Origin: Candidatus Saccharimonadota bacterium
GTDB taxonomy: Bacteria > Patescibacteriota > Gracilibacteria > UBA4473
Assembly (NCBI GenBank): GCA_965228485.1
Contig: OZ245819.1
Location: forward strand, 720,001-752,000
DNA length: 32,000 nt
Direction of reading: 5' to 3'
Shown here: positions 16,526 to 23,305 of the stretch, in pieces
How the letters are laid out: each line of letters starts with the position of its first letter
How positions within the stretch are numbered: position 1 is the first letter of the stretch
Translations under genes and position numbers: made by a program
The notes under the pieces: model-generated
Databases searched by the model: none
What the model was told of the DNA's origin: nothing
The model's input: the letters and a program-made list of their open reading frames with translations, nothing else

Positions 16526-16652
16526 GAACCGTTAAGGTTCGATATGAAATCATGAAGGCTTTGCCTGAGTAATCCTGCCTCCGAATTTGATGCTGAAGGC
16601 TTCGTTTTAAACTTTTTTTGAATAAGAAGTATCCTGCCTAAAAGTTGAACAC
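16526..16652 (+). repeat. Direct repeat A, including a tRNA-fMet 3'-end fragment
   Basis: GAACCGTTAAGGTTCGA (16526-16542), then AATCCTGCCTCCG (16571-16583), an exact copy of tRNA positions 16444-16456, then a 62-nt block (16591-16652) that recurs at 17636-17697. Confidence 0.8.
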
Positions 16653-16743
16653 TTCCTCTAAGAAGAGTATCGATTTAGGGTTAAAGTAAGTGAAGCTAGC
16701 CCGTATAGATTTCTACATTCAGGAGGTTTTGATTCCGCAAAAA

Positions 16744-17028
16744 TTAATTGATTGAAATGCTAGTTTGGCAGTCTTGAAAGCTTATACCGTCAAATAGGCA
16801 ACTGTTAAAATTGACACCAACTAAAGCTGTCCCCTTAAATTTCGTATTATGAAAAATGCAGTGGTCAAAAATGCCGCTGGCAAAGTCACCGCCGTTAATA
16901 ACACAATCTTTAAAAACAATGTTTTTAAAATCATAATCCATCATTTCATCTGAGGGAAAGCTCGACAAATCATACTCACCAGTAGCAAGCTTTTGTGATT
17001 TTATGTCGGCAATTAATTTATTTTCCAT
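16744..17028 (-). CDS. Small pentapeptide-repeat protein (94 aa)
   Basis: FKNIVFKDCVINGGDFASGIFDHCIFHNTKFKGTALVGVNFNSCLFDGISFQDC shows the five-residue periodicity with central F/L/V typical of pentapeptide-repeat beta-helices. Confidence 0.7.
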   Translation of the reverse strand: MENKLIADIKSQKLATGEYDLSSFPSDEMMDYDFKNIVFKDCVINGGDFASGIFDHCIFHNTKFKGTALVGVNFNSCLFDGISFQDCQTSISIN

Positions 17029-17060
17029 GTATTAACTATACTTCATTAAACTTTAGATTC

Positions 17061-17090
17061 AAAAAAAGCAGGGCTATGGTGCGCCCTGCT
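17061..17090 (-). terminator. Rho-independent terminator of the 111-aa gene
   Basis: On the minus strand, AGCAGGGC-GCACCATA-GCCCTGCT forms an 8-bp G+C-rich stem followed by T7. Confidence 0.7.
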
Positions 17091-17129
17091 GAAGTTCGGA
17101 CGAGGCGCTGCTAAAGCTAGCGCGCGACG

Positions 17130-17465
17130 TCACCGCCAGGGAATTGAGAGACCTGCGACGCGATTGATATTTTCAATCATAGCTCTGCGGCTATGTTCGC
17201 GATCACCGTTGCTTACGATGCTACACGCCACCATTTCGGCCGATTCAGGTCCGTTTCGCGTTGATCGAAACTTTATGTGGACATGGTTGGCGTCAGGATC
17301 CAGCTCGTCACCAGTGGCGAGTAGGTTATGAACCCAGCCAGCTTCATCAATCGTGAAATTGCATTGCAGGTTAGGGTCAAAAAGCTCTCCCTCGCCCCTT
17401 TCTGGAACCCATCCTGTCCAAGTACCGACAGTGAATTCTTGGCCTCTAAATTTGAAAGTAGCCAT
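17130..17465 (-). CDS. Hypothetical protein (111 aa), G+C-rich with a strong Shine-Dalgarno sequence
   Basis: GGAAAGGAGATAGCCAG-ATG places AAGGAG 8 nt upstream of the start. The gene has its own terminator. G+C is about 45-57% per 60-nt line by hand count. No family recognised. Confidence 0.6.
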   Translation of the reverse strand: MATFKFRGQEFTVGTWTGWVPERGEGELFDPNLQCNFTIDEAGWVHNLLATGDELDPDANHVHIKFRSTRNGPESAEMVACSIVSNGDREHSRRAMIENINRVAGLSIPWR

Positions 17466-17593
17466 CTGGCTATCTCCTTTCCTGTTGTGCTCCGATATTA
17501 GAGCTTTTTATTTGTTATTCTGCTTTTGCATTTTGTCAAAAATTGTTTTAATTTAGACTTAATCTTAGAGACTTGCCTAAACGTAAAATTCTC

Positions 17594-17697
17594 GAACCGT
17601 TCAGGTTCGACCGAAAGCCCAAATCTCAGATTTGGTGCTGCAGGCTTCGTTTAAAACTTTGTTTTAATAAGAAGTATCCTGCCTAAAAGTTAAACAC
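17594..17697 (+). repeat. Direct repeat B
   Basis: GAACCGTTCAGGTTCGA (17594-17610) and a 62-nt block (17636-17697) that is 57/62 identical to 16591-16652 by manual alignment. It contains ATCCTGCCT, as does the tRNA-fMet 3' end. Confidence 0.8.
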
Positions 17698-17702
17698 CTT
17701 TT

Positions 17703-18944
17703 CTACTCCCCCTGCAACATAACCACAATATACCCTCCATTAGGTTCTTCCGCGATCCCAACTCCCGCTCGCACAAACCGAGGATTACTCACATTCTTCC
17801 AGTGCGTTGGTGACTGTTTCCACCAATCAATCGCCTGGACGGGTTTTCGATGTCGCCAAACAATACTCTCGGCAACCCAGCCTTCAATCCCCGCTTCTTT
17901 CGCACGCTCAATGGGATTGTTCCCAAGCTTATCGGAGTGAGAGTAAATCGCGTTAATCACCAAATGAGCGGCAAAATTCTGCGCAATGGCCTGGAGGTCT
18001 TCGTCATAAGACATGGATTTTACCTCTACATTTCGTCGAGCCTTATTCACACTACTTAGGACTTCTGAGGCGATCGTTTGAGCGTCTGATTCACTCGTAG
18101 AATAGTTCTCAATACTGGCCTTGTATTTTGCCGCCTGCCATTGGGAATAAGAACTGATGTAATTGTTGTACACCTGCTGTCCTGGTGGGTCGGAAGTGAT
18201 GACCTTGAGCGGAGAAATTTCTAAAGTTTTGGGCGTTATGGTTGGCGTTTTTGTCGTACTGGCAAAGGTTGATTGCACCGAAATGGTTTCGGTTCGCGGC
18301 GCCTCTGAAGAAGTATGAAGCGAGGCTATATTTGTCTCCTTGGGTTTCACACTTGGGGGAGATAATTTGTGCGATGGATACACACTAAATTGATCAATAG
18401 CAAACGCCATTTCTCCTCGAGTCATGAGGTCTCCTGGTTCATCATTAAACATATCTAAAAAGATTCCATCGAGCTTGAGATGACTGTAGTAAGTTTTGTA
18501 CCAAGGGACGCTTTTGGACTCAATGGGATCGAAAAAAACATTGTAGAGAATCTTGGCCGCTTGAGCTTTATTAACCGTATCACTCGCTCGAAAAGTCCTG
18601 TCTGGATAACCTTCTATAATTTTACGATTTTTAGCGACACAAGCGTACACCTTAAACCAGGCTTCGTTGACGGGAAGGTCTTCGAAACAATTATTCTTTG
18701 CAGACCGGAAAACACTGACGTGGTTTTTGTATTTTGTTTCGAGCAGAATCTTGAGAAACTCGGCTCGGTTAATCGGTTGTTCTGGCCGAAAGGTGTGGTC
18801 ATCATAACCCTGGATTACCCCTGAAGCGACGAGATTATTAACCGAATGAACGTACGGAGAATTATCCATATCAGTAAAATCCGCTGACGCTGGCAAAATA
18901 CATACCAAGCTAAAAAATACCGCTATAAGGGATTTTAATTTCAT
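17703..18944 (-). CDS. Secreted surface protein with two SLH domains and a C-terminal CAP/SCP (YkwD-like) domain
   Basis: Signal peptide ...CILPASA. SLH motifs FTDMDNSPYVHSVNNLVASGVIQGYDDHTFRPEQPINRAEFLKIL and FEDLPVNEAWFKVYACVAKNRKIIEGYPDRTFRASDTVNKAQAAKIL. CAP-like C-terminus: VNKARR...DEDLQAIAQNFAAHL...YSHS...WWKQSPTHWKNVSNPRFVRAGVGI. Confidence 0.75.
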   Translation of the reverse strand: MKLKSLIAVFFSLVCILPASADFTDMDNSPYVHSVNNLVASGVIQGYDDHTFRPEQPINRAEFLKILLETKYKNHVSVFRSAKNNCFEDLPVNEAWFKVYACVAKNRKIIEGYPDRTFRASDTVNKAQAAKILYNVFFDPIESKSVPWYKTYYSHLKLDGIFLDMFNDEPGDLMTRGEMAFAIDQFSVYPSHKLSPPSVKPKETNIASLHTSSEAPRTETISVQSTFASTTKTPTITPKTLEISPLKVITSDPPGQQVYNNYISSYSQWQAAKYKASIENYSTSESDAQTIASEVLSSVNKARRNVEVKSMSYDEDLQAIAQNFAAHLVINAIYSHSDKLGNNPIERAKEAGIEGWVAESIVWRHRKPVQAIDWWKQSPTHWKNVSNPRFVRAGVGIAEEPNGGYIVVMLQGE

Positions 18945-18977
18945 CTGTGGGTATGATACAAAAATGCTCGGGGAGTC

Positions 18978-19487
18978 CTAGGAAACTTTTTGAGCGGAAT
19001 TTTTTTCTCCTTTTTCCCAGATCGAGAATTCTACTTCGTAGCCTTCTGGAGCGTATAGAATAATTGGCATTCGACTATTGTATCGAACTGTTTTTTCTGG
19101 CGCTTCGACTCGCATTCTTTTTTCTGAGTTTGGAGCACACCCCATAAGAGTTGAAGCCACTTCTCCCTTAGTTTCAAAGGTGTAATAATTGTATCCCCAT
19201 CCTTCAAGATTGTGCTCTATAATTTCACCGCCTAAGAAATGATTATTACAATCTACCGTCATTTCTTTGCCAACGTGAAGGCTGATTTTGTAATCATTCT
19301 CATTCTCTTTCTGTGGCACATCAATACGCCATTGGACTCTATCTTTTTCAGTTTCTGGGAACATTGAAATATCAAAAACCTCATCATTTGATGAAGTCGT
19401 ATTCATAGTTTCTGTCTGATTTTTCTGAGCCACTCCTACACACCCAACTAAGATTCCTGCCAAAAGTAATAGACTAAATTTCTTCAT
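18978..19487 (-). CDS. eco: Ecotin-family serine protease inhibitor, predicted lipoprotein
   Basis: Blocks shared with E. coli ecotin: VDCNNHFLGG vs VDCNLHRLGG, LEGWGYNYYTF vs LEGWGYDYYVF, reactive loop STLMGCAP vs STMMACP (both Cys of the disulfide are present), and RYNSRMPIILYAP vs RYNSKLPIVVYTP. Lipobox LVGC in the signal peptide. Confidence 0.85.
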   Translation of the reverse strand: MKKFSLLLLAGILVGCVGVAQKNQTETMNTTSSNDEVFDISMFPETEKDRVQWRIDVPQKENENDYKISLHVGKEMTVDCNNHFLGGEIIEHNLEGWGYNYYTFETKGEVASTLMGCAPNSEKRMRVEAPEKTVRYNSRMPIILYAPEGYEVEFSIWEKGEKNSAQKVS

Positions 19488-19613
19488 AATTTTTATATTT
19501 TAAGATACGTGTATTTCGACGGTCCGTATTGTAATTTGTGACATAGGCACGAATACTGCTTGATTTTTGACCAGAATCCTCTAAATTCTTTTAGCTCTTT
19601 TTGAGATTCCAAA

Positions 19614-19663
19614 CCGAAGAAAAGCGGAGAGCGTAGCGCGCTTTTATGAGGAGAGGAGGAATT
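19614..19663 (+). repeat. Conserved tRNA-upstream element, copy 2
   Basis: Same CCGAA-N-AAAAGCGGAGAGCGTAGCGCGCTTTT core plus GAGGAGAGGAGGAATT. As in copy 1, the core ends about 80 nt before the tRNA, and AAATTCCGACGACGC abuts the tRNA 5' end. Confidence 0.75.
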
Positions 19664-19725
19664 ACGAAATACTGAAATGAAAATCTAGAAAAATTTTTGG
19701 TAAGTATGGAAGAAATTCCGACGAC

Positions 19726-19814
<89 letters not shown>

Positions 19815-19815
<1 letters not shown>

Positions 19816-19839
19816 GAGTTAATACTTCAACTCTTTTTT
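19815..19839 (+). terminator. Rho-independent terminator after tRNA-Leu
   Basis: AGAGTT (19815-19820) pairs with AACTCT (19829-19834), with an 8-nt loop, followed by a T-run to 19839. Confidence 0.65.
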
Positions 19840-19898
19840 GTAGACCGAATTTATTGATTCATTCTTTTTTGAGACATTTTGTGATAGCATGATTGTTG

Positions 19899-21308
19899 AT
19901 GAAAAAATCAAAACTCGAACTCGGTGTCCAAGACCTCCCAAAAGCACCGCCTCTCAGGAAGCTGATTGGACCAAGTTTTATCATTTTGGGACTGGGTCTT
20001 GGAAGTGGAGAAGTCGTCCTCTGGCCCTATATGGCGAGCAACTATGGGCTGGGAGTAGTTTGGGGGATGCTGATTGGGATCACCATGCAGTTTTTTATCA
20101 ATATGGAGGTAGAACGATATGCCCTCATCAATGGAGAGAGTGTCTTTGTTGGGTTTGTAAGACTGCTTAAATGGCTGCCATTTTGGTTTATTATTTCGAC
20201 TTTTTTAGGGTTTGGATGGCCAGGAATTGGACTGTATGGAGCAACGCTTTTATCTGAAGTTTTTGGAATCGATAATCCCAATTTACTGGGGGTGATCGTG
20301 TTTCTTTGTATTGGGTTTATTCTGTCGATTGGAAAGGTTGTCTATAAAACGGTAGAGAATCTTCAAAAATACATCGTTTGTATCGGAGTTCCCTTCATTG
20401 TTATTCTTACCTACTATCTAGCCGATTGGTCTGATGTTGGCGCTTTGGTTGTGGGCTTGGCTGGACAAGGGGAGATCAATGGAGAACCGTATCATTTCTT
20501 GCCCGTCGGTATAGCCATGGGGACTTTCTTAGGGGCACTGGCCTATGCTGGGGCCGGAGGAAATCTCAACCTCACCCAATCGTGTTATGTACGAGACAAA
20601 GGATATGGGATGGGAAAATACGCGGATAAAATAACCAGTCTTTTTGCCGATGGGAAAAGCGCAAAAGGATTCAAACTTTCTGGAAATACTTTTCCGATTA
20701 CCCCAGAGAACCTAAAACGATTTGATCAGTGGTGGAAACTTATTAATAAAGAACATTTAATGGTGTTCTGGGCGCTTGGACTGTTTACCATGCTGACGCT
20801 TTCTTTGTTGGCGTATATCACGACTTTTGGATTAGAAGGGAATGCAGAAGGGATTACTTTTGTAATTAACGAAGCGCACGCCATTGCGGCTCAAACTATT
20901 CCAGTTTTTGGAACTTTGTTCCTTATTATTGCTGGAATTATGCTGTGTGCGACACAGTTAACCGTACTGGATTCGACAAGCCGAATCATTACAGAAAACG
21001 TTCTGTTATTATCCAACAAAGAAAATCCAAATGTCTCAAAAGTATACTTTGTGGTGCTTTGGACTCAGATTGTTTTTGGGATCACCGTCTTTTTGTCGGG
21101 CTTCAATCAACCGCTCACTTTGATCGTTTTAGGAGCGATGATTAATGCCTTTAGTATGTTTATTTATACAGGAATTATGCTCTGGCTAAATAATAAATCT
21201 CTTGCCAAGGAACTCCGCCCAAGACTGTGGAGGAATCTGGTTATGCTAGCAACTTTTATCTTCTTAGGCGTATTCTGTGTGATTACGGTCATTGATAAAT
21301 TAACGTAA
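19899..21308 (+). CDS. Polytopic membrane transporter, distantly Nramp-like (PF01566-type); substrate unknown
   Basis: About 11-12 hydrophobic helices. IGPSFIILGLGLGSGEVVLWPY resembles the TM1 region of the GPG...G-x-G-(D/E) Nramp-like subfamilies but lacks the canonical DPGN. Start placed at the ATG at 19899. Confidence 0.5.
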   Translation: MKKSKLELGVQDLPKAPPLRKLIGPSFIILGLGLGSGEVVLWPYMASNYGLGVVWGMLIGITMQFFINMEVERYALINGESVFVGFVRLLKWLPFWFIISTFLGFGWPGIGLYGATLLSEVFGIDNPNLLGVIVFLCIGFILSIGKVVYKTVENLQKYIVCIGVPFIVILTYYLADWSDVGALVVGLAGQGEINGEPYHFLPVGIAMGTFLGALAYAGAGGNLNLTQSCYVRDKGYGMGKYADKITSLFADGKSAKGFKLSGNTFPITPENLKRFDQWWKLINKEHLMVFWALGLFTMLTLSLLAYITTFGLEGNAEGITFVINEAHAIAAQTIPVFGTLFLIIAGIMLCATQLTVLDSTSRIITENVLLLSNKENPNVSKVYFVVLWTQIVFGITVFLSGFNQPLTLIVLGAMINAFSMFIYTGIMLWLNNKSLAKELRPRLWRNLVMLATFIFLGVFCVITVIDKLT

Positions 21309-21312
21309 AAAA

Positions 21313-21342
21313 AGACCAGTAATGAGTATTTATCACTGGTCT
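21313..21342. terminator. Bidirectional terminator between convergent transporter and pilin genes
   Basis: An 8-bp stem, AGACCAGT (21313-21320) pairing with ACTGGTCT (21335-21342), flanked by an A-run on the left and T-rich sequence on the right. Confidence 0.6.
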
Positions 21343-21362
21343 TTATAATTTTTAAATTCTAA

Positions 21363-22373
21363 TTATCGAGTAGTAGCTTCTCTATGACGAGCTGCTGCTT
21401 CTAATGCATTCATTTGAAGATGAATTTCTTCTTGTCGCTGAAGAATCGTTTGATAAGCCTCCTCTATTTGAGAACAAGCATCTGACGATGGATCGTCTGC
21501 ACAACCAGCCCCATCTACTTCTTGTCCGAGTCTATCTCGCTGATTACTTAGTGCCTGCATTTCATTAAGAAGATCATTCATTGTTGGATTTTCTGTCTTA
21601 TTAGCGGCTTCTCCCGTACCATTTATAGCTCCTCCAGCCGCACCACACAGGCCTTCATAGTATTTCTCAATAGCCTGGATGGTACACTGACCGTACTTAC
21701 CATCATTTCGAGAACAATTTCCTGGGAGTCCGTCATAAACTCCTTTTTGTTGAACTGCAGAAACCGTACACTCTCCACTAATTCCCATATCAGCACAAAC
21801 TCCACTCTGTTCGAGCTGAATTCTGGCTTCTTCATTACACTGTTCTTCGGCTCCTACCGCCGACTGAGTTCCATTAATGTCTCCACCATAACAAGAACTT
21901 GGAAGTGGTGGAGTGGTTTTACACGTTCGAACATTACTATTGGCCTCAAAAGTCATCATACTTCGAATACTCGAAGCCGTTCCGACTCCTTCTCCTGAAT
22001 AAACTAGTGCAACCACACTCTTGGCAATAACGTAGGCAAAAATCACAAGAAGCAATCCTGCAATAGACCACATTAAACCTTTTCGAGATTTTGATAGTGC
22101 TTCTGAATCCCCAAAGGAGAAAGTCATTCTCGCTCCGTTGATGACAATAAACAGTACTGCTACTACAGCCGCAATCGCCGCTAGACCGTTAGCCATCCCT
22201 TGAATCAAACTTGTCACCCCAAGAATTACTCCTTGTTGACCATGAACTCCATCTCCCATTGGAAGAAATCGAATTCCTTGAAGATTATAAGCTAACGCTT
22301 GATCAGTTATAAAAACTCCACAGAGACAAGCCAGTAGTAAAAGTTTCGATACGGTTGGTAATTTTATTTTCAT
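21363..22373 (-). CDS. VirB2/TrbC-like (CPR-type) pilin paralog 3 with a ~210-aa Cys-rich, coiled-coil C-terminal extension
   Basis: Signal peptide (MKIKLPTVSKLLLLACLCGVFITDQALA), TM1 LAAIAAVVAVLFIVING, loop FSFGDSEALSKSRKG, TM2 LMWSIAGLLLVIFAYVIAKSVV. The extension then carries 10 Cys and a Q/E/R-rich helical tail. Start placed at the ATG at 22373. Confidence 0.6.
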   Translation of the reverse strand: MKIKLPTVSKLLLLACLCGVFITDQALAYNLQGIRFLPMGDGVHGQQGVILGVTSLIQGMANGLAAIAAVVAVLFIVINGARMTFSFGDSEALSKSRKGLMWSIAGLLLVIFAYVIAKSVVALVYSGEGVGTASSIRSMMTFEANSNVRTCKTTPPLPSSCYGGDINGTQSAVGAEEQCNEEARIQLEQSGVCADMGISGECTVSAVQQKGVYDGLPGNCSRNDGKYGQCTIQAIEKYYEGLCGAAGGAINGTGEAANKTENPTMNDLLNEMQALSNQRDRLGQEVDGAGCADDPSSDACSQIEEAYQTILQRQEEIHLQMNALEAAARHREATTR

Positions 22374-22377
22374 AGAA

Positions 22378-22773
22378 TTAAGCAATGATGTAGTAAACGG
22401 CTTTCATTAGTGAGTAACTAATAACGACAAAAATCAGACCAATAATTCCATACTGGAAAAAGGTTTTTGCTTTTTTTAGTTCTTCTTCGTCTCCTCCCGC
22501 GTAAATAAATCTGAGTCCTGACATTACAAACATGATAAAGACTCCAACTGAAGTAATAGTAATCAGAAAATTAATTACTCGTGGTACGTAATAAAGAGCC
22601 AACTTTCCACTTCCGGTTTGAAGTGATCCACCATTACTACCAATAACACCATTCACTCGACCACCACCTCCCCAGGCTGGGAAAATAGCATTCGGATCAA
22701 AACCAGCCGCTAGAGCCTCTGGAAATCCAAAAGCAAGTATTGCAAAAAGAAAGGCGAGAAATTTAAGCTTCAT
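22378..22773 (-). CDS. VirB2/TrbC-like (CPR-type) pilin paralog 2
   Basis: Signal peptide ...PEALA, a Gly-rich segment, VPRVINF, TM1, YAGGDEEELKKAKT loop, TM2 GIIGLIFVVISYSLMKAVYYI. The stop lies 4 nt before the next gene's ATG. Confidence 0.65.
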   Translation of the reverse strand: MKLKFLAFLFAILAFGFPEALAAGFDPNAIFPAWGGGGRVNGVIGSNGGSLQTGSGKLALYYVPRVINFLITITSVGVFIMFVMSGLRFIYAGGDEEELKKAKTFFQYGIIGLIFVVISYSLMKAVYYIIA

Positions 22774-23231
22774 TACGCAAGAAAATTAATACTAATAACA
22801 ATTCGTACAATAGTGTATGCCAACATGGCAACCACCATACCACCAATCGCCCAAACAATAGTGTCTCGGGCTTTGTTTTTCATTTCAGAGTCTCCTCCAC
22901 TAAAAATATACATAAGCCCCCCGATGATAACGACTCCCACAGAAGCCGACATCACCACTGCAAGAACCCAATTAGTCACTCTTGGCAAGAGTCTATCCGA
23001 TACATAAGTAATTCCATCTCCTGCCGAAGCTGGCCCTGGCAAAATACCTCCATTAGAAACCGCTGGCATTCCACCTCCTCCAATTCCACCACCACCGCCA
23101 CCAAATAGGCCACCGATAAAACTCATGGCAGAGCTTACCAAACCTCCAATACTAAAGGCATGAGCTGTATCAAATAACCCCACGTAGGCCACGATTAATG
23201 CCAAGAATGGAATCAGTATTTTTTTCGTCAT
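22773..23231 (-). CDS. VirB2/TrbC-like (CPR-type) pilin paralog 1
   Basis: Signal peptide MTKKILIPFLALIVAYVGLFDTAHA, a poly-Gly tract, LPRVTNW, TM1, FSGGDSEMKNKARD loop, TM2 AIGGMVVAMLAYTIVRIVI. TAATG overlap with paralog 2. Start placed at the ATG at 23231. Confidence 0.65.
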   Translation of the reverse strand: MTKKILIPFLALIVAYVGLFDTAHAFSIGGLVSSAMSFIGGLFGGGGGGIGGGGMPAVSNGGILPGPASAGDGITYVSDRLLPRVTNWVLAVVMSASVGVVIIGGLMYIFSGGDSEMKNKARDTIVWAIGGMVVAMLAYTIVRIVISINFLA

Positions 23232-23266
23232 TAATTTATTTTTATTTCGAGGCATTATACCAAGAC

Positions 23267-23295
23267 TTGAACTTAAAATCAAATTTGAGTATAAT
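23267..23295 (+). promoter_or_regulatory. Sigma-70 promoter candidate for pilT
   Basis: TTGAAC (23267-23272), a 17-nt spacer, then TATAAT (23290-23295). The ATG at 23306 would leave a leader of only about 4 nt. Confidence 0.5.
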
Positions 23296-23305
23296 AGAGA
23301 GATTT

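Noticed and set aside
16526-17697. Integron-style attC interpretation of the direct repeats. The 62-nt blocks end in GTTGAAC and GTTAAAC, which fit the GTTRRRY core-site consensus.
   Set aside because: I found no matching inverse core (RYYYAAC) at the opposite end in the right orientation, no R''-L''/L'-R' pairing and no intI gene in the window. The repeats share sequence with the tRNA-fMet 3' end, which fits tRNA-targeted integration better.
19323-19350. A third ECF-like motif on the minus strand inside the ecotin ORF: TGAAAA-N16-CGTATT.
   Set aside because: The -35 differs (TGAAAA rather than TGAAAG), the CGTATTAC extension is absent, and the motif is intragenic with no downstream start codon to serve. 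It is most likely a chance match.
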